A DNA stretch of 64,000 nucleotides, from the NCBI GenBank assembly GCA_040756135.1, contig JBFLZS010000003.1:3412-67411 (forward strand), given 5' to 3'. The translations under genes were made by a program, and so were the position numbers. Below the pieces are notes generated by a model. The model had not been told where the DNA came from. It was given only the letters and a program-made list of their open reading frames with translations, and searched no databases. Source of the stretch: Nitrospirota bacterium (GTDB lineage: Bacteria; Nitrospirota; Thermodesulfovibrionia; Thermodesulfovibrionales; SM23-35). This document shows positions 17,734 to 28,146 of the stretch, in pieces (the stretch's first letter is position 1; the number at the start of each line of letters is the position of its first letter).

Positions 17734-20362
17734 TAATCTCACAAAAGAAGATGTCCTCCGCAGTCTTGTAACTTCAGAAAGTGGTCTTACCGAAGAAGAG
17801 GCAAAAAAACGATTCCTTGAGTTCGGCCCGAATGAAATTAAAGAGGTAAAAAAGAAATCCTTATTTGCTAAGTTTCTTAAACAATTCACCCATTTCCTCG
17901 CTATACTCCTCTGGATAGGAGCAGGGCTCGCCTTTTTATCAGAGTACCTGCATCCAGGAGAAGGTATGATTACCCTTGGCCTTGCAATCGTGGGGGTAAT
18001 ATTTATTAACGCAATATTTACATTCATACAGGAATATAAGGCTGAGAAAGCCATCGAGAAATTAAAACTCCTCCTGCCTTTTTATGTAAAGGTAATAAGA
18101 AGTGGAATAGAAAAGGAGATACCTGCCAGGGAAATAGTAATTGGTGATTTAATAACCCTCTCAGAGGGAGATAAAGTGCCCGCAGATTCAAGGCTTATAG
18201 ATACAGCATACCTTATGGTAAATAATGCATCCCTTACAGGTGAATCTGAGCCTGTGCCTTTAAATCATGAGCCCTGTGATGGAGAACTAATTCAAAGCAG
18301 GAATATCTCTTTTGCAGGTACAACCGTTGTGAGTGGTTCAGGGAGAAGCGTGGTCTTTGCAACAGGGATGAGAACAGAATTCGGAAGGATCGCCCAACTT
18401 ACAGGGACAGTTACCTCGGGTCTCAGCCCTCTTCAAAGAGAGATAATAAAGATAACGAGGGTCATCGCAGCGATAGCTACAATTATGGGGGTTGTTTTCT
18501 TTGTAACAGGACATCTCATAGGCAGAACATTCTGGGAAAACTTTATCTTTGCAGTAGGGATAATTGTTGCCAATGTGCCGGAAGGGTTACTTCCAACAGT
18601 AACACTTTCCCTTGCCATGGGCAGCCAGAGGATGGCAAAGAGAAAGGCGTTGATAAAGACCCTGACATCTGTAGAAACGCTCGGTTCTGTGTCTGTCATC
18701 TGCACTGATAAAACAGGAACACTTACCCAGAACAAAATGGATGTAAAAAGGATAGCCTTTATTGGTGAAGATATAAAGACAGAAGGACAAAGAACTTTTT
18801 TGCTCACTGTTGCACAGCTTTGCAACAACACGAAGGAGATAGAAGGGGATCTGAAGGGTGAGCCAACAGAGGTTGCACTTTACAGGGCATCAGTCGAGTC
18901 CATAGGACGTGTGGAAAGTAAAAGAATAAAGGAGTTTCCCTTCGACTCCGAGAGGAAGAGAATGAGCACAATAAATTCCATAGATGGCGGTAAATATGTG
19001 ATGACAAAAGGTGCACCCGAAAGCATATTCACAATATGTAGCCATTGTCTTATAGACAGCAAATTTCAGAACTTTGAAGGAGCCAAGGATAGGGCTATCT
19101 CCCTTTATCAATCAATGATGGATGAAGGTCTAAGGGTACTTGCATTTGCATATAGGGAAGTAGTGGATGGCGAAGGTATTACAAACATAGAAGATGTAGA
19201 AAGGAATATGATTTTTCTGGGTTTGATAGGTCTTGAAGACCCTCCAAGACCAGAGGTACCAGAGGCAATAAAGAAATGTAGAGAAGCAGGGATAAAGGTA
19301 ATAATGATCACAGGTGATGGCTCGAGGACAGCTCTTGCAATTGCGAAGGAGATTGGCCTTGTGAAGGGAAATGCCTCAATAGTAGAAGGGAGTAATTTCC
19401 TGAGGATGTCTGATAAAGAACTCCGCACGGTCTTATCTAAAGAGGAGGTAATATTTTCGAGGATGACACCGAAGCATAAGCTCAGGGTTGTAAATATCCT
19501 GAAGGAAGAAGGTGAAAGGGTTGCTGTTACAGGTGATGGTGTCAACGACGCCCCAGCCTTAAAAAGGGCAGATATAGGCATTGCCATGGGTATTACAGGG
19601 ACGGATGTTGCAAAAGAGGCATCCGACATGATACTCCTTGATGATAACTTTGCCACAATTGTGAATGCTATTGAGGAGGGCAGGGCTGTTTATGAGAATA
19701 TCAGAAAATTTATAAGCTATATCTTTTCTTCCAACATCCCTGAGATAGTCCCTTATCTTTCATATGCTCTATTGAGGATCCCCCTTCCTCTAACCATCAT
19801 ACAAATACTCGCTGTTGATCTCGGAACAGATATGCTTCCAGCCCTTGCATTGGGAGCAGAAAAGCCCTCCCCGGCCATTATGAAAGTACCTCCGAGAAGC
19901 CCAAAGGAGAGACTCCTGAATCTTCCATTACTGACAAGGGCATACCTATTCCTTGGCCCTATCGAGGCCGCAGCAGGGTTATTCGGGTTCTTCTATATAT
20001 TGAACAAAGGTGGGTGGGAGTGGGGTCAGATGCTTGCATCTAACAATATGCTTTATCTACAGGCAACAACTGCATGTCTTACAGCAATAATAATTACTCA
20101 GATAGGGAATGTCTTTGCATGTCGTTCTTCAAGGGAATCTGTATTCAGCATAGGTTTTTTATCGAACAGGCTTATATTTGCTGGTATCATAGTTGAAATC
20201 CTGCTCCAGTTATTCATCGTTTATCATCCGTTCGGAAATAAGATTTTTGGAACAGCACCAATAGGCTTAAATGCGTGGTTAGTACTGATACCTTTCAGCG
20301 TTGCATTGCTTTTAGCAGAGGAGGTAAGGAAATTTTATGTGAGAAAATGGAGCAGGGTTTAA
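17723..20362 (+). CDS. P-type ATPase, Na+/K+-ATPase-like (P2C-type)
   Basis: TGES, VANVPEGLL, DKTGT, GDGVND, SNIPEI and DLGTD. Confidence 0.9.
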   Translation: MKINNLTKEDVLRSLVTSESGLTEEEAKKRFLEFGPNEIKEVKKKSLFAKFLKQFTHFLAILLWIGAGLAFLSEYLHPGEGMITLGLAIVGVIFINAIFTFIQEYKAEKAIEKLKLLLPFYVKVIRSGIEKEIPAREIVIGDLITLSEGDKVPADSRLIDTAYLMVNNASLTGESEPVPLNHEPCDGELIQSRNISFAGTTVVSGSGRSVVFATGMRTEFGRIAQLTGTVTSGLSPLQREIIKITRVIAAIATIMGVVFFVTGHLIGRTFWENFIFAVGIIVANVPEGLLPTVTLSLAMGSQRMAKRKALIKTLTSVETLGSVSVICTDKTGTLTQNKMDVKRIAFIGEDIKTEGQRTFLLTVAQLCNNTKEIEGDLKGEPTEVALYRASVESIGRVESKRIKEFPFDSERKRMSTINSIDGGKYVMTKGAPESIFTICSHCLIDSKFQNFEGAKDRAISLYQSMMDEGLRVLAFAYREVVDGEGITNIEDVERNMIFLGLIGLEDPPRPEVPEAIKKCREAGIKVIMITGDGSRTALAIAKEIGLVKGNASIVEGSNFLRMSDKELRTVLSKEEVIFSRMTPKHKLRVVNILKEEGERVAVTGDGVNDAPALKRADIGIAMGITGTDVAKEASDMILLDDNFATIVNAIEEGRAVYENIRKFISYIFSSNIPEIVPYLSYALLRIPLPLTIIQILAVDLGTDMLPALALGAEKPSPAIMKVPPRSPKERLLNLPLLTRAYLFLGPIEAAAGLFGFFYILNKGGWEWGQMLASNNMLYLQATTACLTAIIITQIGNVFACRSSRESVFSIGFLSNRLIFAGIIVEILLQLFIVYHPFGNKIFGTAPIGLNAWLVLIPFSVALLLAEEVRKFYVRKWSRV

Positions 20363-20496
20363 AGCACGCAAGTTGCCAGAATAGTGGTCTGAGGGATGAC
20401 CATAAAAAGATGGTCGAGATGAGAAGGCTTCTGAAAGAATCAGAGCCTGCTTTTTTCTTAGAATAGATGGGACGGATTTGTTCACAACATCATAAG

Positions 20497-20703
20497 TAAG
20501 GGTCTCATAATAATACCGACATTAACTTTATAAAATCCCTCCTACCCTCCCTTTGCCCCTTCGACTACGCTCAGGGCAGGCTCCGGGAGGAATGGTTCTA
20601 CAGGCTCACCATGACATTTGTCATCCTGAGCCTGTCGAAGGATGGCAAAGAGGGGAGAGGGAGATTTTCTGAATAATGCGCATTCTATTTTAAGATTGTT
20701 AAT
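20497..20703. mobile_element. MITE-like element (family B shell) with nested REP cargo
   Basis: Ends taagggtctcataat and attttaagattgttaat; internal cttcgactacgctcaggg and cctgagcctgtcgaagg. Confidence 0.8.
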
Positions 20704-20871
20704 AATTGTTTGGTGCCCTGACGGCTTGACTGAGAAGATTAAAAAACATAAAAGGAAACAGGATAATGATAACCATAGAACCTGAAGAAACTTTGTGCAG
20801 CTTAAAGGTTACAATACAAAAGGGAGAAAAAATAGAAAGCTTCAAATGCCACTTACGTATTTGCGATAATC

Positions 20872-21054
20872 CTATCTGCAATTGTACATCAGTTTCCTGC
20901 AGGTAAGGACAACCTTTTGATACATCTGCGTTGACTCCGAAAGGTGATCAATCTCCTCGAGGACTTTGTCCTTGTCAAAAGTGGTTGACAGCTCATCAAA
21001 GCCATCAAGAAAAAGAACGATCTTTTCTCTCTGTCCGCTGGTTCCACTTGACAA
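20872..21054 (-). pseudogene. NACHT-type NTPase fragment
   Basis: LFLDGFDEL Walker B and KVVLTCR motif only. Confidence 0.55.
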
Positions 21055-21085
21055 TTTTAATTTCTTTTAATGATACTATTGTCAT

Positions 21086-21373
21086 ATGATAGTATCATTT
21101 CACGATGATGAAACAGAGCTTATATGGAAAGGAAGATTCTCAAAGAAAATAAAATTGCCTTCCCATCTGCATAACCTTGCAAGGAGAAAGCTGAGAATGA
21201 TTTTTGCTGCTACAACACTTGGAACATTAAAAGTTCCTCCAAACAACAGGCTTGAATCTCTTAAAGGAGACAGGGAAGGACAATGGAGTATAAGAATAAA
21301 TGAGCAATGGCGAATCTGTTTTAGATGGCAAGGTGGAAATGCCCATGATGTTGAAATAACAGATTACCATTAA
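21086..21373 (+). CDS. higB: HigB (RelE-like) toxin
   Basis: PPNNRLESLKGDREGQWSIRINEQWRICF...DYH. Confidence 0.9.
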   Translation: MIVSFHDDETELIWKGRFSKKIKLPSHLHNLARRKLRMIFAATTLGTLKVPPNNRLESLKGDREGQWSIRINEQWRICFRWQGGNAHDVEITDYH

Positions 21374-21408
21374 AAATCAATGAATAATTAGTTGGAGGAG
21401 TGAGGATT

Positions 21409-21723
21409 ATGAGAAAGCTAAAAAATATACACCCGGGTGAAATTTTGAAGGAAGAATTTTTGGACCCGATGGGGGTAACTGTCTACCGTCTTTCAAGGGA
21501 GACAGGTCTCTCACAGACGAGATTGAGCCAGATTATCAAAGGAGAGAGGAGCATCACTGCGGAAACAGCTTTAAAACTCGGGAAATTTTTTAATGTCCCC
21601 GCTGAATTCTGGATGAATTTGCAATCGCTTTATGATATTGAAGAAGCTCAAAAACAGTATAGAAAAGAGCTTAAGTCTATCCATTCAATCCAGGAACTTA
21701 AAAGCGCTAAGGCATTAACCTAA
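21409..21723 (+). CDS. higA: HigA antitoxin (HTH)
   Basis: IHPGEILKEEFL...ITAETALKL...FWMNLQ. Confidence 0.9.
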   Translation: MRKLKNIHPGEILKEEFLDPMGVTVYRLSRETGLSQTRLSQIIKGERSITAETALKLGKFFNVPAEFWMNLQSLYDIEEAQKQYRKELKSIHSIQELKSAKALT

Positions 21724-22859
21724 TGATACAAGAAATATTTAATGTCCCTCAACCATTCGAGCATGGCGGAAATATCTATAGGTTCGCAGAGGAACTTAAG
21801 ATACAGGAAAGAAAGATAATAGATTTTAGTTCCTCTGTAAATCCTCTCGGTGTATCTAAGAAGGTGAAGGCAGAGATACGGAAACATCTGAAATATCTTC
21901 ATAATTATCCAGATCCTGAAACAAAAAGATTGAGAAAGAGACTCGCCCAATATCACGGGATCGACCCGGAGACAATTCTCTGCGGGAACGGCAGCACAGA
22001 ACTTATTTATCTGATAGTAAAGACATTAAAACCTCAAAGGGTTCTTATACCGGCACCGACATTTTCGGAGTATGAAAGGGCATGTAAAACAAGTTATGAG
22101 TTACGAGTTATGAGTTACGAGTTGAAAAGAGAAAACAATTTTGAGATAAAGCCTGAAGAATTCATATCAGCAATGAAGGGAGATATAAACTCTGAACTCA
22201 GAACTCAGAACTCCGAACTTCATTGCGACATAGCATTTCTGTGTAATCCCAATAATCCAACGGGGAGTTTACTTACAAGAGAGGATGTCAAAAGAATTGC
22301 AGATGCAGCAAAGGAACTTAAATGTTACCTCATTGTTGATGAGGCTTTTATAGATTTCTCTCCAGAAGAAACAGTAATAAATGAGGTTCAGAATAATCCT
22401 TGTCTTATTGTCTTAAGGTCTATGACACCTTTTTACGCACTTTCTGGGTTAAGGATCGGATACGGTGTCTTCCCGCTGCATCTGATCAGGCTATTAAAGG
22501 AGCATAAAGAGCCATGGACTGTGAACAGTCTTGCACAAAGGGCAGCAGTGGTGGCACTCAAAGATAAAGTTTATAGAAAAGAGACAATTAGATTGATAAA
22601 TGAAGAGAAGCGATTTCTTGAAAGGAGTTTCAATAAAATAGGCATAGAATTTTTTCATTCTGATACTAATTTCTATCTGTTGAAAATAAGCACCGCAAAT
22701 GAGATATGCCAGCAGCTAAAGAGAAAAGGTATTCTTGTCAGGGACTGCTCGAATTTTAGAGGGCTTGACAGTACATATTTAAGGATTGCTGTAAAATTAC
22801 ACAGGGGAAACTCGATTTTAATAAAGGAGCTTACAGCGATTTTAAACAGGGGGGATTGA
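21723..22859 (+). CDS. cobD: Threonine-phosphate decarboxylase (PLP, class I/II)
   Basis: HGGN, DFSSSVNP, CNPNNPTG and VDEAF; two 7-mer repeat insertions. The expected PLP lysine motif reads RSMTP. Confidence 0.75.
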   Translation: MIQEIFNVPQPFEHGGNIYRFAEELKIQERKIIDFSSSVNPLGVSKKVKAEIRKHLKYLHNYPDPETKRLRKRLAQYHGIDPETILCGNGSTELIYLIVKTLKPQRVLIPAPTFSEYERACKTSYELRVMSYELKRENNFEIKPEEFISAMKGDINSELRTQNSELHCDIAFLCNPNNPTGSLLTREDVKRIADAAKELKCYLIVDEAFIDFSPEETVINEVQNNPCLIVLRSMTPFYALSGLRIGYGVFPLHLIRLLKEHKEPWTVNSLAQRAAVVALKDKVYRKETIRLINEEKRFLERSFNKIGIEFFHSDTNFYLLKISTANEICQQLKRKGILVRDCSNFRGLDSTYLRIAVKLHRGNSILIKELTAILNRGD

Positions 22860-22863
22860 TGCT

Positions 22864-23562
22864 GTGCCATTCAGGCAGTGGGTAAAGAGTGTTAACTTTG
22901 CAATAGAAGGGATCCTTCACGCTGCGAGGACGCAGAGACATGTTCGCTATCATTTCTTTAGCGCCGCTATTGTACTCCTTATGAGTTATATCCTCGGTGT
23001 ATCACGCACAGAGTTTCTCATTATTGCTCTTTCTGTAATAGCAGTACTTCTTGCTGAAATGTTCAATACCACAATAGAGACAATAGTTGATATTATCTCG
23101 CCTGAGCATAGTGAGAAAGCACGCATAGCAAAGGATATAGCAGCAGGCGCAGTGCTGATAACAGCATTTGGTGTTACAGTTATTGGATATATTATTTTAT
23201 TTCCCTATCTCCGGGATTCATTTCACAAAGGACTATCGATAACAAAGCACTCAAAAGAAGAAATTGTCCTTTTAGCGTTCATCATTGTACTTATTTTTGT
23301 TGTAATAACAAAAGCATATTTAGGAAAGGGGCTTCCACTAAGAGGTGGTATGCCGAGCGGACATGCTGCACTCGCATTTTCAGTGTGGGTAGCAACAACA
23401 TATATTACAGAAAATTTCACAGTATCATTACTTACTTTCGTTATCGCTGCAATAATTGCACAAAGCAGAGTTGTAACAAAAGCACATACCATCTGGGAAG
23501 TAATTCTCGGTAGTTTAATGGGAGCGTCGGTTACCTTTCTGTTGTTCAGGATATTTTCATAA
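22864..23562 (+). CDS. dgkA: Diacylglycerol/undecaprenol kinase fused to a PAP2 domain
   Basis: EMFNTTIE..VD and AKDIAAGAV; C-terminal MPSGH and SRV...H. Confidence 0.85.
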   Translation: MPFRQWVKSVNFAIEGILHAARTQRHVRYHFFSAAIVLLMSYILGVSRTEFLIIALSVIAVLLAEMFNTTIETIVDIISPEHSEKARIAKDIAAGAVLITAFGVTVIGYIILFPYLRDSFHKGLSITKHSKEEIVLLAFIIVLIFVVITKAYLGKGLPLRGGMPSGHAALAFSVWVATTYITENFTVSLLTFVIAAIIAQSRVVTKAHTIWEVILGSLMGASVTFLLFRIFS

Positions 23563-23583
23563 TGGGAAAATGATATATTAAAA

Positions 23584-24462
23584 ATGATGAAACTTCGTGA
23601 TGCAGTAGTAAAGCTTTACAAAAAGGCGGCAACATCATTACCTTCGGATGTTGAGACTGCATTAAAATGTGCATATTCAGAAGAGGAAAAAAACTCAAAT
23701 GCTAAAGCTGCGATATTGGCGATCCTTGAGAACATAAGGATTGCTAGGGAAACTGAAAGGCCAATCTGCCAGGATACAGGCGTGCCTGTATTTTTTATAA
23801 TGGCTCCTTTTGGTATTAGTCACATTGAGTTAAAGAGTACGATAATCGAAGCAACTCGAATTGCTACTAAAAAAGTCCCTTTGAGGGCCAATGCTGTTGA
23901 TGCACTAACAGATAAAAATTCTGGAGACAACACGGGTATTGGCTTCCCCATTATATACCTCGAAGGAACCAGGGAGAAAAAACTTACAATTGACCTTATG
24001 CTAAAAGGTGCTGGATGCGAAAATGCAGGTCAGTTATACAGACTGCCTTTCGAAGAGCTTAAGGCAGAGAGAGATTTGGAAGGGGTGAGAAGGTGTGTGC
24101 TTGATACTGTATACAAGGCCCAGGGTAAGGGTTGCCCACCATATATTATTGGGGTAGGAATTGGTGCTGCAAAGGATCAGGTAACAAGGCTTGCTAAAGA
24201 ACAGCTCATGAGAAATCTTGGAAATACAAACAAATATAAAGTTTTGTCAGAACTTGAAAATAGACTATTAAAAGATATAAATCGGCTTGGGATAGGTCCA
24301 CTCGGCCTTGGTGGTAAAACGACGGCCATCGGGGTAAAGATCGGTGTAAATCATAGACACCCCGCATCATATTTTGTTGATGTTTCAGTCAGCTGTTGGG
24401 CAGATAGAAGGGCAAGATTGACATGGCAAATTCAAAATTCAAAATTCAAAATTCAAGATTGA
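23584..24462 (+). CDS. Class I fumarate/tartrate hydratase alpha subunit
   Basis: PICQDTG, KGAGCEN, GCPP and GIGPLGLGG. Confidence 0.9.
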   Translation: MMKLRDAVVKLYKKAATSLPSDVETALKCAYSEEEKNSNAKAAILAILENIRIARETERPICQDTGVPVFFIMAPFGISHIELKSTIIEATRIATKKVPLRANAVDALTDKNSGDNTGIGFPIIYLEGTREKKLTIDLMLKGAGCENAGQLYRLPFEELKAERDLEGVRRCVLDTVYKAQGKGCPPYIIGVGIGAAKDQVTRLAKEQLMRNLGNTNKYKVLSELENRLLKDINRLGIGPLGLGGKTTAIGVKIGVNHRHPASYFVDVSVSCWADRRARLTWQIQNSKFKIQD

Positions 24463-24497
24463 GCTACTCAACGGCAAAACATTGCTGTATCAAGTTT

Positions 24498-24593
24498 GTC
24501 ATTCCGCACTTGATGCGGAATCCAGAAACAAAGAAACTGGATTCCCCGATCAAGCCCGCCCTCGAAGGTTGTAATCGGGGGTCGGGGAATGAC
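24498..24593. repeat. REP-like pair
   Basis: gtcattccgcacttgatgcggaatccag ... ctggattccccgatc...gtcggggaatgac. Confidence 0.8.
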
Positions 24594-24654
24594 ATTTTTA
24601 AAAGTATTTTTGGGTCAATGACAATACCGTATAAATCGCAAATTATAAATCCAC

Positions 24655-25251
24655 ATGATTAAGGCAATGACAATAAACCTTCCTTTGACTAAAGACGCTG
24701 TTTATTCCATTAATGTAGGGGATATGGTTTTAATTAATGGTACTCTTGTAACAGGAAGGGACAGGGTGCATAAATATTTATTCAATGAAAGGCCATCAAA
24801 AAAAGAATTGCCAATCAATATAGAAGGGACAATCCTCTATCACTGTGGTCCTATAGTAAGAAAGACCAAAAAAGGCTTCGAGCTTATTGCTGGAGGCCCG
24901 ACAACAAGCATGCGGGTTGAGATGTACGAACATCAAATTATCTCGGAATACGGGTTGGGGGGCATTATGGGGAAAGGAGGCATGGGGAAACAGACCCTGA
25001 ATGCACTTAAAAAGAACGGCTGTGCATATTTTCATACTATAGGCGGTGCTGCTGTTTATCTTGCTGATAGGGTAAAAAGGGTGGTTGATGTATGGAAGCT
25101 TGAGGAGTTTGGTGCGACCGAGGCGATGTGGGTATTGGAGGTTGAGGAGTTTCCAGCAATAGTTACAATGGATGCACATGGCAGGAGTCTTCATGAGGAG
25201 ATAGAGAAGAAGTCATATAAAGAGTTTAAAAGACTTATCGGTTTAGATTGA
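24655..25251 (+). CDS. Class I fumarate/tartrate hydratase beta subunit
   Basis: GRD..H, YHCGP, GPTTSMR, GKGG and MDAHG. Confidence 0.9.
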   Translation: MIKAMTINLPLTKDAVYSINVGDMVLINGTLVTGRDRVHKYLFNERPSKKELPINIEGTILYHCGPIVRKTKKGFELIAGGPTTSMRVEMYEHQIISEYGLGGIMGKGGMGKQTLNALKKNGCAYFHTIGGAAVYLADRVKRVVDVWKLEEFGATEAMWVLEVEEFPAIVTMDAHGRSLHEEIEKKSYKEFKRLIGLD

Positions 25252-25295
25252 AATGCGCCAATAGTACCTTTAAGCTCCGCTGCAGCTTGATGCCA

Positions 25296-25380
25296 ATGGA
25301 AAAATCCATCAGGGTTGGGGATTTTGTGAAATTCGAGACGGGACAGGAAGCTACATTGAAGATATCACATAGAGGACTAA
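25296..25380 (+). pseudogene. Short MscS-like remnant
   Basis: EKSIRVGDFVKFETGQE then, after a frameshift, YIEDIT*RT; resembles the MscS beta-domain. Confidence 0.4.
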
Positions 25381-25397
25381 TAGGGTGAGATAAAAAT

Positions 25398-27767
25398 ATG
25401 ACGCCATACGATGAATTAATCAATGAGTTATCTGAACTATGTGGAATTGTTCCAGAATACTGGGATATCTTTGGTGAAAAGTGTATAACTTCTATTGAAA
25501 CTAAAAAATCTGTGCTCAGGGCAATGAGACTGAAGATTGATTCAGTGGAGGACATATTAAAGGAGATTAATGAACGAAAGTACAGACCATGGAAAAGTTT
25601 CATTGAACCTGTACATGTCATATCAGTAAATGACCAGCCATTGAAAATCCCTGTTTATATTCCCATCGAGGAAGGTGGAGAGAAAAAACTATCACTGTTA
25701 TGGTCTATAGAGGATGAAAATAATTCCCATGAATCCCCCCACACCCCCCTTTGCAAAAGGGATAATCCCCCTCAGTCCCCCTTTAGTAAAGGGGGATTTG
25801 AGGGGGATTTTAAAGGGGGGATGGGGGGATTTTCAGGTGAAAACAGTCAAAGAAATGTATTTACGCTTTCAGGGGAAGCAATAACTGTTTCAGAACAGCA
25901 GTGGATAGATGGGATAAGATATATAAAGATAATCCTCTTTGATATGATAGTCCGAGATATAGGGTATTATGTGATTCATGTGGAATGTAAGCATCCTGAA
26001 AGTATCTTCCCATGTGGAACAAACCTTTTATGGAAAACATCTAAGGTCATTGTAACCCCCGATACTTGTTATATGCCACCTGGACTATATGATAGAAGAA
26101 CATGGGGGCTTTCTATTAACCTTTACTCACTTCGTTCATTTAGGAACTGGGGCATTGGCGATTTTTCTGACCTTAAAAAAATTGTTGAACGGGTTGCTGA
26201 TTTAAATGGCGGTTTTGTTGGAATTAATCCATTACATGCTATTCCAAACACAACCCCTTTCGGTATCAGTCCGTATTCTCCCATAAGCAGGTTGTATAAA
26301 AATTTTATTTATTTGGACATTGAAAGTATTCCCGAGGTTATAGAATCTGAAGATGCACAGTCAATTACAAAATCCTCGTCATTTAAAGAAGAGATTAAAA
26401 AACTCAAAAAAAGAAAATTGATTGATTATGAACAGTTAGCTTCACTAAAGGAAAGAATATTGCGACACGCCTTTGAACTCTTCTATAAAAAGCACTATGC
26501 CCAAGATACCCTGAGGGGAAGGGACTTCCAAGAATATATCTCAGAAGAAGGCATTGTCCTTGAGTCCTTTGCCATATTTATGACGCTGTGGGAAAACATG
26601 AAGAAGGCGCATAATGTATATACATGGCAACAATGGCCTGAGGGATACCAAAGCCCAACGGATGACGCTGTTCAGGGGTTCAAAAAGAAATATGAAAAAG
26701 AGATACTCTTTTATAAATATATTCAATGGCTCATTGATGGTCAACTCGGAGAAACAGCAGAACTGGCCAGAGAACTTGGAATGGTTGTGGGTCTTTACCA
26801 TGATCTCGCTATCGGCTCGGTTGACGGAGGCAGTGATGTATGGAATTATCAGAATGTTGTTGGAAAGGCAGATGTTGGCTCTCCTCCAGATGATTTTAAT
26901 CCAAATGGTCAGAACTGGGGTTTCCCTCCTGTGATTCCCGAGAGGTTAAGGGAAACAGGATATGAATTATTCATTCAAACAATGAGAAAAAATATGAAAT
27001 ACGGCGGTGCCCTGAGAATAGACCATGCACCGGGCTTGTTCAGGCTTTTCTGGATACCCTATGGAACATCTCCTAAAGAAGGTACGTATGTATTGTATCC
27101 ATCTGAGGACCTTCTCAGAATCATTGCGCTGGAGAGTGTACGAAACAGGACAATGATTATTGCAGAAGACCTTGGAACAGTAGGGGAGAATGTCAGAGAA
27201 ACGCTTAAGAGATTCCAGATGCTTTCTTACAAACTTTTCTATTTTGAAAGGAATTATCCTGACCCTTCGTTTATTCTTCCTGAGGAATACACTGATATGG
27301 CATTATGTGCTATAACCACCCACGACCTGCCGACAATATACGGTTACTGGAAAGGCGAGGATCTGAAGATTAGAAAAAAACTGGGTATGTATCCAGATGA
27401 TGCCCTTTGGAAAAAGCAAGTCAAAGAGAGAAAGAGGGATAAAAAACTTATCCTCTCTGCCCTTAAATCTCAAGGTATCATCCCGGATGATTTCCCATCA
27501 GAACCAAAAAAGATACTACAGATGACTCCGGAACTATGCCTTGCCATATACCGGTATCTTGCAAAAACTCCGTGTAAATTAGTGCTTGTAAGCCTTGATG
27601 ACATTATTGGGACATTAAATCAGCAGAACATGCCGGGCACGGTTGATTCATATCCCAATTGGATGCAAAAGACATCACTGACTCTTGAAGAAATAATTTT
27701 GGACAGGCGCTTCCTTGACCTTCCCGAGATGTTTAAAAAAACATTAAAGCTCAGTGAAGGTCGATGA
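25398..27767 (+). CDS. malQ: 4-alpha-glucanotransferase (GH77) with an in-frame palindrome insertion
   Basis: WGIGDF, SPYSP, DLAIG, GQNWG, RIDH, AEDLG and TTHD. Confidence 0.92.
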   Translation: MTPYDELINELSELCGIVPEYWDIFGEKCITSIETKKSVLRAMRLKIDSVEDILKEINERKYRPWKSFIEPVHVISVNDQPLKIPVYIPIEEGGEKKLSLLWSIEDENNSHESPHTPLCKRDNPPQSPFSKGGFEGDFKGGMGGFSGENSQRNVFTLSGEAITVSEQQWIDGIRYIKIILFDMIVRDIGYYVIHVECKHPESIFPCGTNLLWKTSKVIVTPDTCYMPPGLYDRRTWGLSINLYSLRSFRNWGIGDFSDLKKIVERVADLNGGFVGINPLHAIPNTTPFGISPYSPISRLYKNFIYLDIESIPEVIESEDAQSITKSSSFKEEIKKLKKRKLIDYEQLASLKERILRHAFELFYKKHYAQDTLRGRDFQEYISEEGIVLESFAIFMTLWENMKKAHNVYTWQQWPEGYQSPTDDAVQGFKKKYEKEILFYKYIQWLIDGQLGETAELARELGMVVGLYHDLAIGSVDGGSDVWNYQNVVGKADVGSPPDDFNPNGQNWGFPPVIPERLRETGYELFIQTMRKNMKYGGALRIDHAPGLFRLFWIPYGTSPKEGTYVLYPSEDLLRIIALESVRNRTMIIAEDLGTVGENVRETLKRFQMLSYKLFYFERNYPDPSFILPEEYTDMALCAITTHDLPTIYGYWKGEDLKIRKKLGMYPDDALWKKQVKERKRDKKLILSALKSQGIIPDDFPSEPKKILQMTPELCLAIYRYLAKTPCKLVLVSLDDIIGTLNQQNMPGTVDSYPNWMQKTSLTLEEIILDRRFLDLPEMFKKTLKLSEGR

Positions 27768-28146
27768 AATTTTTTATCTTTTCCATTTTTTTCTTCCTCT
27801 ATGCTTCTAATGCCTGGGATATGTACCCCACGAATATCCTGCAATTTACACTCACCAGCTGGCACGGATTTTTCTTTTTATTGCATTTATCTGCGTTTTG
27901 TGGGCTATTGTTCATAATCGTTTACATAAACTGTACGGCTGGAGATACCTTTTTCTTTCTGTAATATTCTTCATCGTATGGGATATAGATGTGTTCGTCG
28001 GCCGTACTGCTGAATTCATTAAGCTACCTCCTACAGTAGGTGGCACGGAAGGATGGCAGTATTTCATAAGGAATATCATAGTTGAAGAAAGAGATACTCC
28101 TCTAAATTTTTATCATTTCGCCCCTGTCTCAATAGTATTTATATAA
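27764..28146 (+). pseudogene. Membrane protein, frameshifted near 27816 and probably truncated
   Basis: Adding one G joins ...ASNAW to GYVPHEYPAIYTHQLARIFL...GWRYLFLSVIFFIVW. Confidence 0.5.

Noticed and set aside
18433..19656. Long antisense ORFs within the P-type ATPase and other genes
   Set aside because: Shadow frames of well-supported genes on the opposite strand, with no independent motifs
24423..24662. 79-aa ORF between the fumarase subunits
   Set aside because: Composed of heptamer repeat and REP sequence; 57399..57605 is rejected for the same reason
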